DNA of 64,000 nt from Candidatus Velthaea sp. (GTDB lineage Bacteria; Vulcanimicrobiota; Vulcanimicrobiia; Vulcanimicrobiales; Vulcanimicrobiaceae), in contig CBDCCS010000018.1 of assembly GCA_965214935.1 (NCBI GenBank), forward strand, positions 96,001-160,000, in the 5' to 3' direction. The notes under the pieces are model-generated. The model ran no database searches. It saw nothing but the letters and a program-made list of their open reading frames with translations, and was not told the DNA's origin. Below are positions 19,654-29,409 of the stretch, one piece after another (the first letter of the stretch is position 1; each line of letters begins with the position of its first letter). The translations under genes and the position numbers were made by a program.

Positions 19654-21152
19654 GCCGAAACGGCGGTATCGAGTGCGAGCACGAGGCCATCAACCGTGAA
19701 GGCATCGGCGATGATGTCGACGCGGATGCCCGCTTCGCGCGCCGCTGCGGCGGTGACCGGACCGATGCACGCAACTAGCTTAGCGGCGCACAACGATGCT
19801 GCGGCGGGGACATTCGCAATAAAACCGTTAACGGTGCTCGCACTCGTGAACGTAATGATATCGGCGCCGGCAGCCTTCGCGGCTAATTCGGCATCGTCGA
19901 TAATGCGCGTCTTGTACGCCGCGACGTCGGTGACGCTGCGGCCCGCCGCGCGTAACGCATCCGGCACGACGTCGCGTGCTTCTTGTGCGCGAAACAGCAG
20001 AACGCGGTCGCCCGGCTGGGTTCGCTCGAGCATGCCGTCCGCAACCGCCTCGTTGATAAACGTCGACGGCATGAAATCGACGCGCAATCCGCGTGCGGCA
20101 AGCGCTTCAGCGGTTTTCGGTCCGATTGCCGCGACTTTCGCATCGCCGAATGCGCGTGCATCGCGACCGCGTTCGCTCAAGCGATCGAAGAACGCATCGA
20201 CGCCGTTCCGGCTCGTAAAAATGACCCAAGCGAAATCACGTACGCGTTCAACGGCATCGTAAGCCGGTGCGACCTCGTCCGGCGGAGCGATCGCAATCGT
20301 CGGCGCGACGATCGGCTCGGCACCGAGTTCCCACAATCGCGCTGAGAATTCATCGGCTTGCACGGCCGGCCGCGTCACCAGGACGCGCTTACCGAACAGC
20401 GGACCGTTATCAAACCAGCGAATCGCTTCGCGTTCGTTGACGACGTCGCCGACGACGACGATTGCCGGCGCAGCAAATTTCGTGCGCTCGACTTCGGCAA
20501 CGATCGTATCGAGCGTCGCGACGAGCGTTTCTTGCGTCGGCTTCGTGCCTTCACGAACGATCGCGACCGGCTTATCGCCGGGAATACCGTGCTTGCGCAA
20601 TTCGCCCATGATGGCGGCCAAGTTGCCCATCGCCATGAGAAAGACGATCGTTTGTTTCGGGTTGGCGAGCTTCGCGTAGTCGAGCGTCGACTGGCCTTTG
20701 AGCGGGTTCTCGTGGCCGGTCGAGATCGAAAACGACGTGTTGTGATCGCGGTGAGTGATCGGAATGCCGGCGTACGCGGGCGCGGCGATTGCCGACGTTA
20801 TACCCGGCACGATCTCGAACGGCACGCCGGCCTCATGCAAAGCTTGCGCTTCTTCGCCGCCGCGCGCGAACACGAAGACGTCGCCGCCTTTGAGTCGCAC
20901 GACTTTGTGCCCGTCGACGCCGAGCTTGACGATCAACTCGGTAATTTCGTCTTGCGTGAGCGTATGCGCGCCGGCTTTCTTGCCGACGTAAATCCTTTCG
21001 CAATCCGGCGGCGCTAAGTTGACGATCGCCGCTGAAGCGAGATAATCGTAAACGAGCACGTCGCATTGGGCGAGTGCGCGCGCGCCTTTAAGCGTAAGGA
21101 GACCCGGATCGCCGGGTCCGGCCCCGACCAGCCAGACTTTACCGACCGGCAC
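19650..21152 (-). CDS. cobA: Uroporphyrinogen-III C-methyltransferase / uroporphyrinogen-III synthase fusion (CobA-HemD)
   Basis: LVGAGPGDPGLLTLK, VRLKGGD, VPGITSA; then PLFGKRVLVTR, FTSRNGV, AAIGPKTA, FTSASTV. Confidence 0.95.
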   Translation of the reverse strand: MPVGKVWLVGAGPGDPGLLTLKGARALAQCDVLVYDYLASAAIVNLAPPDCERIYVGKKAGAHTLTQDEITELIVKLGVDGHKVVRLKGGDVFVFARGGEEAQALHEAGVPFEIVPGITSAIAAPAYAGIPITHRDHNTSFSISTGHENPLKGQSTLDYAKLANPKQTIVFLMAMGNLAAIMGELRKHGIPGDKPVAIVREGTKPTQETLVATLDTIVAEVERTKFAAPAIVVVGDVVNEREAIRWFDNGPLFGKRVLVTRPAVQADEFSARLWELGAEPIVAPTIAIAPPDEVAPAYDAVERVRDFAWVIFTSRNGVDAFFDRLSERGRDARAFGDAKVAAIGPKTAEALAARGLRVDFMPSTFINEAVADGMLERTQPGDRVLLFRAQEARDVVPDALRAAGRSVTDVAAYKTRIIDDAELAAKAAGADIITFTSASTVNGFIANVPAAASLCAAKLVACIGPVTAAAAREAGIRVDIIADAFTVDGLVLALDTAVSA

Positions 21153-21160
21153 TGCGGATC

Positions 21161-22504
21161 TTACTCGGCGTTGTCCGCGTCAATCGCCGCGACGGGAATC
21201 GCCGCGACCGGCATGGCGGTTTCTTCGTGCTTCGTTCGCAGGTCGAACAGCTCGTCGAGCATCAAGGCGTGCGTCATTGCTTCGGCGCGATTCTCGACGG
21301 CTTTGTCGCGAATTTTGACGACTGCGGTGTGCAGCAATTTTGAGATGATTGTGAGCGATGCGCCGGTGATGAGCATACGCTCGCGTTCGGTGAGTTCCGG
21401 GCAGCGCGAGAACAACCGCTCGATTTCAGATTCGCGAATGAGTTCGGCTTTTTTCGTCAGTGAACTGATGACCGGAACCGCGACGCGCGATTGATACCAT
21501 TGATGAAAGCGCTCGGAGTGTTCGGAGATGATCTCTTCGACGAGCGGGATGGCTTCACGGCGATGTTCGATCGTATCGTCGACGACGTGCTGTAAGGCAT
21601 CGATGTCGACGACGTGCACGCCGGGGATGCGCGCCACTTCAGGATCGACGTCGCGCGGTACCGCGATGTCGATGATCGTCAACGGCCGATTCGGCCGGGC
21701 CAGCATTGCTTCGGCTACGTTGCCGGGCGTTAAGATAAAGTGCGACGCACCCGTCGACGTAATGACGATGTCGGCCGACTGCATTGCTTCGACTAAACCC
21801 GGCATCTCGAGCGCGCGGCCGACGCCAAGCTCCGCAACGATCGAACGCGCCCGGTCGTGCGAGCGGTTGATGATGCTGATCTCACTTCCGCCTTCGAGCT
21901 TGAGCCGTTTGGCCGCGAGCGCGCCCATCTTGCCCGCACCTACGACGAGCACGGCTTTCGCTGCAAGCGGCCCCGAGTGCGCCTTGGCGAACTCGACGGC
22001 CGCGGTCGAAACGGAGGTCGATTCATTGCCGATCGCGGTGTGCGACCGCGCTTCTTTGCCGGCGTTGAGCGCCTCGCGAAAGAGCGTATGCAGCGTTTTG
22101 CCGAGCGAACGCGCGCGCTGCGCTTGGATGAACGCATCTTTGACTTGGCCGAGGATCTCGGCTTCGCCGATGAGCATCGAATCGAGTCCGGTGCTCACGC
22201 GGAAGAGATGATCGATCGCCTGACTTCCCAGCAGCGTGTACATGTACGATTCCATGTCGCCCACGTCGCCGTGCCGGAAGTTCGTTAAAAACTGCTTGAG
22301 CTGATTGACGCCCGTTTCATAGTCTTCGAGTTCGGCATAGATCTCGAGCCGGTTGCAGGTCGCGACCATCACCGCTTCACGCACTGCTTCGTAGTCGCGC
22401 AGCGCGATCAGCGCCTCGCCCATCCGATGCGTCGGGAACGCATGGCGTTCGCGGACTTCGACGGGCGCGGTGTGATGACTGAGACCTAGACAAACGAGCG
22501 GCAC
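21161..22504 (-). CDS. hemA: Glutamyl-tRNA reductase
   Basis: GLSHHTAPVEVRE, TCNRLE, GLDSMLIGEAEILGQVK, DIAVPRDV. Confidence 0.97.
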   Translation of the reverse strand: MPLVCLGLSHHTAPVEVRERHAFPTHRMGEALIALRDYEAVREAVMVATCNRLEIYAELEDYETGVNQLKQFLTNFRHGDVGDMESYMYTLLGSQAIDHLFRVSTGLDSMLIGEAEILGQVKDAFIQAQRARSLGKTLHTLFREALNAGKEARSHTAIGNESTSVSTAAVEFAKAHSGPLAAKAVLVVGAGKMGALAAKRLKLEGGSEISIINRSHDRARSIVAELGVGRALEMPGLVEAMQSADIVITSTGASHFILTPGNVAEAMLARPNRPLTIIDIAVPRDVDPEVARIPGVHVVDIDALQHVVDDTIEHRREAIPLVEEIISEHSERFHQWYQSRVAVPVISSLTKKAELIRESEIERLFSRCPELTERERMLITGASLTIISKLLHTAVVKIRDKAVENRAEAMTHALMLDELFDLRTKHEETAMPVAAIPVAAIDADNAE

Positions 22505-22535
22505 GAGAAACCCCCAAGTGCTTTGACGCCGGACG

Positions 22536-23837
22536 TCACGTCCGCGCTCCGGCGAGAAGCTCTGTCAATGTGCTGTCGGCCGCGGCGATGGTCGTATCGA
22601 TCTGCGCTTCGGTATGAGCGGCCGAGAGAAACCCGGCTTCAAACGGAGATGGCGCAAAATAGATGCCGCGATTCAACATCCCATGGAAGAACTTCCCAAA
22701 GAGTGCCACATCGGCGGTCTTCGCCGACGTGAGATTCGTCACCGGGCCCGAGGCAAAGAAAAAACCGAACATCGAACCGGCGCGGGCGGTCGTGTGCGGG
22801 ATCCCGTGTGCCTCGAATACTCGGTGCATGCCGTCGATCATACGCGAACCAATGCGTTCGAATCGTCCGTAGACACCGGGTTCGCGAAGTCCGCGCAAGG
22901 TCGCGATCCCGGCGGCCATTGCCAGCGGGTTCCCCGACAGCGTTCCGGCTTGATAGACCGGACCTTCCGGTGACAGCCGGCTCATGATGTCGGCACGGCC
23001 GCCGAAGGCACCGACGGGCAGCCCGCCGCCGATGACTTTCCCGAGCGTGGTAAGGTCGGGCAAGATGCCGTCACGGCCTTGCACGCCGCCCGGACCAACC
23101 CGGAAGCCGGTCATCACCTCGTCGAAGATCAGCAGAGCGCCGTCGTTTTCGGTGAGCTCGCGAAGACCGGCGAGAAACCCGGGCTCGGGTAACACCAGCC
23201 CCATGTTGCCGACGACGGGCTCGATGATGAGCGCCGCGATTTTGCCCGGGTTGGCCGCAAAAGCGGCGGCGACGGCGTCAAGGTCGTTGTACTCAACGAC
23301 GATCGTGTCGGCTGCGACGCCGGCCGGAATCCCCGGCGAATCGGGGACGCCGTTCGTCAGCGCGCCGCTACCGGCGGAAATCAGAAACGCATCGCCGTGG
23401 CCGTGATAACAACCGGCAAATTTGATGACTTTCTCACGGCCGGTAAAGCCGCGCGCCAGGCGCAGCGCGCTCATCGTCGCTTCCGTGCCGCTCGAACAGA
23501 ACCGCACCTTTTCAACCGATGGCACCATATCGATGACGAGCTCGGCCAGCTCGCTTTCGGCTTCGGTCGGCGCACCGAAGCTCGTTCCGCGCGCAGCCGC
23601 CCGTGCCACGGCTTCGATGACCGGCGGATACGCGTGGCCGAAGACGAGCGGTCCCCACGACATCACGTAATCGATGTACGAGTTGCCGTCGATGTCGGTG
23701 AACGTCGCGCCGCTGCCTTCACGGATGAAGACCGGACTGCCGCCGACGGAACGAAAAGCACGAACCGGTGAGTTCACTCCGCCCGGGATGACTTGCTTCG
23801 AGCGCTCGTAGGCGGCTAGGGAACGCTGGTGATTCAC
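22536..23837 (-). CDS. hemL: Glutamate-1-semialdehyde 2,1-aminomutase
   Basis: IPGGVNSPVRAF, SGTEATMSA, FDEVMTGFR, GKVIGGGLP, YQAGTLSGNP. Confidence 0.97.
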   Translation of the reverse strand: MNHQRSLAAYERSKQVIPGGVNSPVRAFRSVGGSPVFIREGSGATFTDIDGNSYIDYVMSWGPLVFGHAYPPVIEAVARAAARGTSFGAPTEAESELAELVIDMVPSVEKVRFCSSGTEATMSALRLARGFTGREKVIKFAGCYHGHGDAFLISAGSGALTNGVPDSPGIPAGVAADTIVVEYNDLDAVAAAFAANPGKIAALIIEPVVGNMGLVLPEPGFLAGLRELTENDGALLIFDEVMTGFRVGPGGVQGRDGILPDLTTLGKVIGGGLPVGAFGGRADIMSRLSPEGPVYQAGTLSGNPLAMAAGIATLRGLREPGVYGRFERIGSRMIDGMHRVFEAHGIPHTTARAGSMFGFFFASGPVTNLTSAKTADVALFGKFFHGMLNRGIYFAPSPFEAGFLSAAHTEAQIDTTIAAADSTLTELLAGART

Positions 23838-24403
23838 GTGAGAACCTCGCGGATAGCCGCATAATCGGCCGGAGTGTTGACGTTGGTAAACAGGCGCTCG
23901 TCGTCGATGTCGACGTAGCGCGCGGCCAGCGAGTCGATAACGACGCGCAATGCACCGGTTCCCGCGCGCAGTATCGGCAGCGCCGTGCGCACAAACGCCT
24001 CGCGATCGTACAGCGCGGCCAACGGCTCGATCCGGCCGTGATGCCGCGGCACGACGGCCTCGTCGCCGCTTCGGCGCAATGCCGACAGCCGGTCGATGAA
24101 GCCGCGAATGAGGTACGGCGCGTCGCCGGCTGCGGCAAATACCCAGCGACTGCGCATCTCTTGCATCGCCGAAAGCATGCCGGCGAGCGGACCGCGCAGC
24201 GGCCAGCGATCGACGACCATCGGGCAGGGCAGCAGCACATCGATATCGGCCGGAAACGTGCTGTTACACGAAATGAATGTCTCGCCGCCGGCCAGGTTGT
24301 CGTACACGCGCACGATCATCGGTGTCAGGCCCGCGGCGAGTTGCAACTTGTTCGGTAGACGCGTCGCCTCGCCGCCGGCGAGAATCAACACACCGATGTC
24401 TAT
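23834..24403 (-). CDS. mobA: Molybdenum cofactor guanylyltransferase (MobA-like NTP transferase)
   Basis: ILAGGEATR..NK, GPLAG, GDAP, EPLAALY, NVNTPAD. Start is either GTG 24391 or an in-frame ATA at 24403 overlapping the hemB TAA. Confidence 0.85.
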   Translation of the reverse strand: MDIGVLILAGGEATRLPNKLQLAAGLTPMIVRVYDNLAGGETFISCNSTFPADIDVLLPCPMVVDRWPLRGPLAGMLSAMQEMRSRWVFAAAGDAPYLIRGFIDRLSALRRSGDEAVVPRHHGRIEPLAALYDREAFVRTALPILRAGTGALRVVIDSLAARYVDIDDERLFTNVNTPADYAAIREVLT

Positions 24404-25389
24404 TATCGGCTCCGTAGATAGTCTTTGGCAAAATACGTGATGATGATATCGGCGCCCGCGCGGGCAAAGCCGGTCAGCATCTCATCGACGGCGCGCGCTT
24501 CGTCGATCCAGCCGCGTTCCGCGGCGGCTTTAAGCATCGCGTATTCGCCGCTAACGTTGTAGCACGCCACGGGCAGATCGATCTGTTCGCGCGTCTGACG
24601 GATCAAGTCCATGTATGCCAGCGCCGGCTTGACCATAAGGATGTCGGCGCCTTCGACAACGTCGAGCCGGACTTCGCGCGCCGCTTCACGACCGTTCGCG
24701 GGGTCCATTTGATAGGTGCGCCGGTCGCCGAAAGCCGGCGTCGAACCGGCGGCTTCACGAAACGGGCCGTAAAATGCCGACGCGTATTTCGCCGCATACG
24801 ACATGATCGTCGTGCCGCTGAAACCATCGCCGTCGAGCGCGCCGCGTATCGCGCCGATGCGGCCGTCCATCATGTCGGACGGCGCGACGATGTCGACGCC
24901 GGCGCGCGCGTAACTGATCGCCGTACGCATGAGAATCTCGAGCGTCCGGTCGTTGTCGACGTCGCCGCGTTCATCGATGATGCCGCAGTGACCGTGGTCG
25001 GTATATTCGCAATTGCATAAATCAGCGATGACGAGCATCTGCGGCAGCGCATCTTTGATCGCGCGCGCCGCGCTTTGCACCAGACCGTTGGGATCGTCGT
25101 TGCCGCTGGCGATCGGATCTTTGTCATCCGGTACGCCGAACAGCAGCACGGACCGCACGCCGATCGCCGCCAGCTCGCGCGCTTCGCGCACGGCGGCGTC
25201 GACGGAATAGCGCGAAACGCCGGGCATCGAGCCGATCGGGGTGCGCACGTCGCGACCGGGGATGATAAAAAGCGGCTGTACCAAGCCGTCGAGATTGATC
25301 CGCGTTTCGCGCACCAGCGCGCGCATTGCCGGACTCGAGCGTAACCGGCGCGGGCGCTCGCGCAAAGCGAAGCGTTCGGCGACATCCAT
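24403..25389 (-). CDS. hemB: Porphobilinogen synthase (ALA dehydratase), Zn-type
   Basis: RPRRLR, DLCNCEYTDHGHCG, APSDMMDGR, YASAFYGPFR, MVKPA, YNVSGEY. Confidence 0.97.
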   Translation of the reverse strand: MDVAERFALRERPRRLRSSPAMRALVRETRINLDGLVQPLFIIPGRDVRTPIGSMPGVSRYSVDAAVREARELAAIGVRSVLLFGVPDDKDPIASGNDDPNGLVQSAARAIKDALPQMLVIADLCNCEYTDHGHCGIIDERGDVDNDRTLEILMRTAISYARAGVDIVAPSDMMDGRIGAIRGALDGDGFSGTTIMSYAAKYASAFYGPFREAAGSTPAFGDRRTYQMDPANGREAAREVRLDVVEGADILMVKPALAYMDLIRQTREQIDLPVACYNVSGEYAMLKAAAERGWIDEARAVDEMLTGFARAGADIIITYFAKDYLRSR

Positions 25390-27329
25390 CAGGCGTTCTC
25401 CAACACAAAGCGCGTTACGGTTTGCACGAACGCGCCGACTTCGGCATTCGGTGCGACGACGTCGGGCGGGAACCCGCAGGCGTCCGCGCTGCTCGATGAC
25501 GCCGGTCCCATCGCAGCGACAACCGGGCGCTGTCCATTGTCGCGCAGCCCGGCTAAGTACTCGGTAATGGCCATCACCGAGCCCGACGAGGGGAACAAGA
25601 TCGCGGTCGGCAGACGGTCGCCGAGCGCCGCGCGCGCGGCCGCGCTATCGACAGCTTCGATGACCTCGGCACCGGCGTCGCGGAACGCCGGTGCAATCCG
25701 GCTCGGCCGATCTTGCGTGCGCGGCAGCAGAAACAGCCGCCCGGCCAACGGAGGCGGCGCGGTCGCTTCGAGGATCATCGCCCCGCCGTCGGCCAACAGC
25801 CGGTGCGCAAGTTCGACGGCCAAGGCTTCGGCCGTGGCAACCGCCTCCGGGCCGAAACCGGTGATGGCCGTATGACGCTCGCCGCGCACGACGCGCGAGC
25901 CGTCAAGCGCAGCAATCACGCCGCTGACGTGTACGGCGCCGTCGGCGACGGTCGCGTGCGCGCCGACCGGCGCCTGGCACCCGCCGCGTAAGGTCCGCAG
26001 AAACGCACGCTCGGTGCGGACGCACAGATTGGTTTGCGCATGCGTAAGCGCGGCTGCAATCCGCTCGGTGTTACGGTCGCCGCCGCGCGTCTCAATTGCC
26101 AGCGCACCCTGTCCGACGGCCGGGATCAATTCGGCCGGATCGAACGGCACCGTGTACGTTGCACCAACGCCCAGCCGCCGCAAACCGGCGCAGGCCAGCA
26201 CGATCGCGTCGTACGCACCGTCTTTGAGCTTCCGCAAGCGCGTATCGACGTTACCGCGGATGTCATCGTAGGTGAGGTCACCGCGCAACGCTGTCAGTTG
26301 TGCGCGCCGGCGCGGACTTGAGGTGCCCACGCGCGCACCCGGCGGTAGCGCGGCGAAATTCGCGTAGCGCTCGCTGCAAAACGCGTCGCGCGGATCTTCG
26401 CGCTCGGTGATCGCCGCGATCGTCATGTCCGCGGGCAGCGTGCTGGGCAGATCCTTACACGAATGGACGGCATAATCGGCGCGGCCGTCGCGCAGCGCGT
26501 TCTCGAGCTCTTTAACGAACAGGCTGTCGCCGCCGATCGCCGCGAGCGCGCGGTCTTGCACGGCATCACCTTTGGTGGTGATGTTCAGGACGGTCGATGC
26601 GATGCCGGCGGCGCCGAGTTGCGCCATCATCATGCGCGTCTGCACCATCGCAAGCGCGCTCGCGCGGGACGCGCACACCAGAATGCGCGGATCGGCGGGG
26701 ACGACGTTGGCGACCGTATCGGCGGCGCGTTCCACTTCGTGCTCCATTTCCGCTGACGGCATACCCGCCAGATCGTCGATATCGCGTTCGCTGAAATGCC
26801 GCATCACCGCTGCCCGGCTCGCCGGCGGGACAACGGCCAAAACGCGTTCGCGCAGGCGGCCTAACGTCGCTGCCGCGCGCGCATAGCGCGAATCGAATAG
26901 AATCGCCAACTCGTCGCGAATGCGTTTGGTGAAGCTGGGCGACAGGCCGCCCGAATCGACCGTGACGAGCAGCGGTCCCGAGCGGTGTACGGCCGGTGTC
27001 GAAAAATCGCCGCGTGCCGCATCGCCGGCATCGTTCACGAGCGCGCCGGCGGCGTGCGCGTCAGCGACGATCCCGGCGTTAACGCCGCTGTCGTCGGTCG
27101 CCGCAAACACGAGTAGCGTGCCGGCGGCGTCGGCCGGAACGTAGCGCCGCCTCAGCAACATGATGCTGCCGTCCGCCGCCAACCGGTCGATGTGCGCGGA
27201 CACATCGGGCGCAACGACGCTTACCTTGGCGCCGGCCTCGAGCAAACCGCGCACCTTACGTTCGGCGACCGGTCCGCCGCCGACGACGAGTGCGCGCCGT
27301 CCGCGCAGGGTGAGAATGATGGGATACAC
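25389..27329 (-). CDS. hemC: Fusion: precorrin-2 dehydrogenase (SirC/CysG-N-like) + hydroxymethylbilane synthase + single HemD-like domain
   Basis: YPIILTL..RRALVVGGGPVAERK, VFAATDD, LVNDA; then ASRASALA, LFVKELE, VHSCKDLP, GTSSPRR, IRGNVDTRL, GGCQAP; then LAGRLFLLPR...FPSSGSV...AAMGP. GTG 27329 has a GAAGG RBS. Confidence 0.93.
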   Translation of the reverse strand: MYPIILTLRGRRALVVGGGPVAERKVRGLLEAGAKVSVVAPDVSAHIDRLAADGSIMLLRRRYVPADAAGTLLVFAATDDSGVNAGIVADAHAAGALVNDAGDAARGDFSTPAVHRSGPLLVTVDSGGLSPSFTKRIRDELAILFDSRYARAAATLGRLRERVLAVVPPASRAAVMRHFSERDIDDLAGMPSAEMEHEVERAADTVANVVPADPRILVCASRASALAMVQTRMMMAQLGAAGIASTVLNITTKGDAVQDRALAAIGGDSLFVKELENALRDGRADYAVHSCKDLPSTLPADMTIAAITEREDPRDAFCSERYANFAALPPGARVGTSSPRRRAQLTALRGDLTYDDIRGNVDTRLRKLKDGAYDAIVLACAGLRRLGVGATYTVPFDPAELIPAVGQGALAIETRGGDRNTERIAAALTHAQTNLCVRTERAFLRTLRGGCQAPVGAHATVADGAVHVSGVIAALDGSRVVRGERHTAITGFGPEAVATAEALAVELAHRLLADGGAMILEATAPPPLAGRLFLLPRTQDRPSRIAPAFRDAGAEVIEAVDSAAARAALGDRLPTAILFPSSGSVMAITEYLAGLRDNGQRPVVAAMGPASSSSADACGFPPDVVAPNAEVGAFVQTVTRFVLENA

Positions 27330-27393
27330 GATACCTTCGTTTAAGCGTAACCCCCGGGACTCCGTGCTGACAACGACTAAACCTGGGGGTTCG

Positions 27394-29109
27394 ATGCCAC
27401 TCACCGACGCTGCGGCCCGGGTTCCCAGGCGCGCTGCGTTTCTCGGTGCACTCTTCGCCGCACTCGTGACCTTGCCGGGCCTGGGCGTCGGAACGCTATG
27501 GGACAACAGCGAGACCGCCTACGGCGAAGTCGCGCGTGAGATCCTCATCTATCACGATCCGCTCGTGATGCATCTCAACGGCATCGCGTGGTTTACGCAG
27601 CCGCCGCTCTATTTTTGGATCGCGGCGCTGTTTGCAAAAATCTTCGGCGTCGGCGCGTTTGCGATGCGCTTGCCGTCGGCGCTCGCAACAATTGCGATGG
27701 GCGGAGCGGTCGGATACGCCGCCGGGCGGATTGCCGGGAATCGAGCTGGTATCTACGCCGCAGTTATTCTGTCGACGAGCTTGATGCAAGCGATCGTCGG
27801 CCGGCTCGCGATCATGGACGCCTTACTTGATTTGGCCGTGACGGGCGCGATTTTCTGGTGGTTTCGCGCGCTTGAACCTGCGCGATCGCGCAATCGGCTC
27901 GACGGGCACACGCGCGTCGCTGCGCTGCTTGCAGGCAGTGCGGCGATTGCGCTCGGAACGCTCGCGAAAGGCCCCGTTGCGCCCGTCATTGTCGGACTGG
28001 TCATCGCGGGTTGGATGCTCTGGGAATGGCGTCTCGAGAGCCGCATCACGTTACCTCCGCTGCGCGCGTGGTTTGCTGCTGCACTTGTTTTCTGCGCCGT
28101 CGCGCTGCCATGGTTCGCGCTGCTCAGTTGGCGTGTCGGTCCGGGCGCGATGGTCGAGCTGATCGGCCACTACACGGTCGGACGCTATACCGGCGTCATC
28201 GAGAATCAGCGCGGTCCGTGGTTCTATTATCTGCCCGTCGTCGTGCTTGGTTTTTTTCCGTGGATTGCATTTGTTCCGGTGGCATTCGTGCGCGCTTGGC
28301 AGTCCGCAAACGATCGTGACGCGGCATTACTGCGCCTGGCGATCGTCTGGACCATTGTGCCGCTTGCATTCTTTAGTCTCGCGCAAACAAAGCTGCCGAA
28401 TTATATCGCACTGATACTGCCGGCGTTGGCAATCATCGTGGGTTTGTGGTTTAAGACGATGAGTGACGGACGCGACCGGCGCGCTGCAGTGATCTCGGCG
28501 GCGGTGGTTCCGCTAACGATCGGCTGTATCGCGTTCGCCATTATTGCGTTCGGCCGCAGTAATAAACTTGCGCTCGAAGCGGTCGCGCCGCAACTAGTAA
28601 CGCTGGCCGTCGGGATGCTCGTCGGCTCGATTGCAACGGTCGCGGCGATCGTTCGCCGCGGAACGCGCACAACTGCGCCGTACGTGCTTGCCGTTACCAG
28701 TTTATTGCTCGTCTTGTTCATCGCGTATATCGGCGTGCCGGTCGCCGAACGGCTCAAACCTATTCCGCAAATGGCGGCAATCATCAATCGTGCACGCGCG
28801 CCGGGTGACCGCGTTGCCATTCGCGGTGTATCCGGTGGAAACGGTTTGATCTTTTATACGGCGCCGGGCGTCGAAACAATCGATCCGGACGCCGATCGCA
28901 GCTTTTTAGAAGCGATTTGCGGCGGCAGTGCGGCGTACATTGTCACGCGAAGCGCCGATGTTTCCGCCCTTGCATCACTGACGCGACACGTTCGACGAAA
29001 CTTCAATCAACTCGACAGCAACGGAAAAACCGTGCTATTGCGCGTCGACGGTCCGCTATGTCCGCCCGGTTTACTCGTCGCCCGGCATCCCGACGGACAG
29101 ACAATGTAA
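27394..29109 (+). CDS. ArnT/PMT family (GT-C) glycosyltransferase
   Basis: LWDNSETAYGEVARE, QPPLYFW, MRLPSAL, LAKGPV, FFPW, TKLPNY; many TM segments. Confidence 0.9.
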   Translation: MPLTDAAARVPRRAAFLGALFAALVTLPGLGVGTLWDNSETAYGEVAREILIYHDPLVMHLNGIAWFTQPPLYFWIAALFAKIFGVGAFAMRLPSALATIAMGGAVGYAAGRIAGNRAGIYAAVILSTSLMQAIVGRLAIMDALLDLAVTGAIFWWFRALEPARSRNRLDGHTRVAALLAGSAAIALGTLAKGPVAPVIVGLVIAGWMLWEWRLESRITLPPLRAWFAAALVFCAVALPWFALLSWRVGPGAMVELIGHYTVGRYTGVIENQRGPWFYYLPVVVLGFFPWIAFVPVAFVRAWQSANDRDAALLRLAIVWTIVPLAFFSLAQTKLPNYIALILPALAIIVGLWFKTMSDGRDRRAAVISAAVVPLTIGCIAFAIIAFGRSNKLALEAVAPQLVTLAVGMLVGSIATVAAIVRRGTRTTAPYVLAVTSLLLVLFIAYIGVPVAERLKPIPQMAAIINRARAPGDRVAIRGVSGGNGLIFYTAPGVETIDPDADRSFLEAICGGSAAYIVTRSADVSALASLTRHVRRNFNQLDSNGKTVLLRVDGPLCPPGLLVARHPDGQTM

Positions 29110-29409
29110 ATCGATCTCGATAAGTGCACCGCGCGGAGCACCGTAACAGACACTTCGACGCGTACTTTGGTAGCGGTCCTAGATGAGCGTCATGGATGCG
29201 GATCTTTGAATCCCAGTAGTGGATTGGGCGCTTTGGCCGATTTGGGAACGTCCGATCACGCGCCTCGCACGTAACTGAGTTCTATTGTACACTCCTTGCG
29301 CATTAAAATAGAGCCGTTACGAACGTACAGTCGCGATAGTACAACTTACCTAAGCCGTTGTAAGACGCACTCTTACAGCTTGCACTGCTGATCTCACCTT
29401 TTTTGATCC

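Noticed and set aside
21180..21213. Short duplication at the hemA 3' end (PVAAIPVAAI)
   Set aside because: Minor low-complexity tail with no functional evidence.
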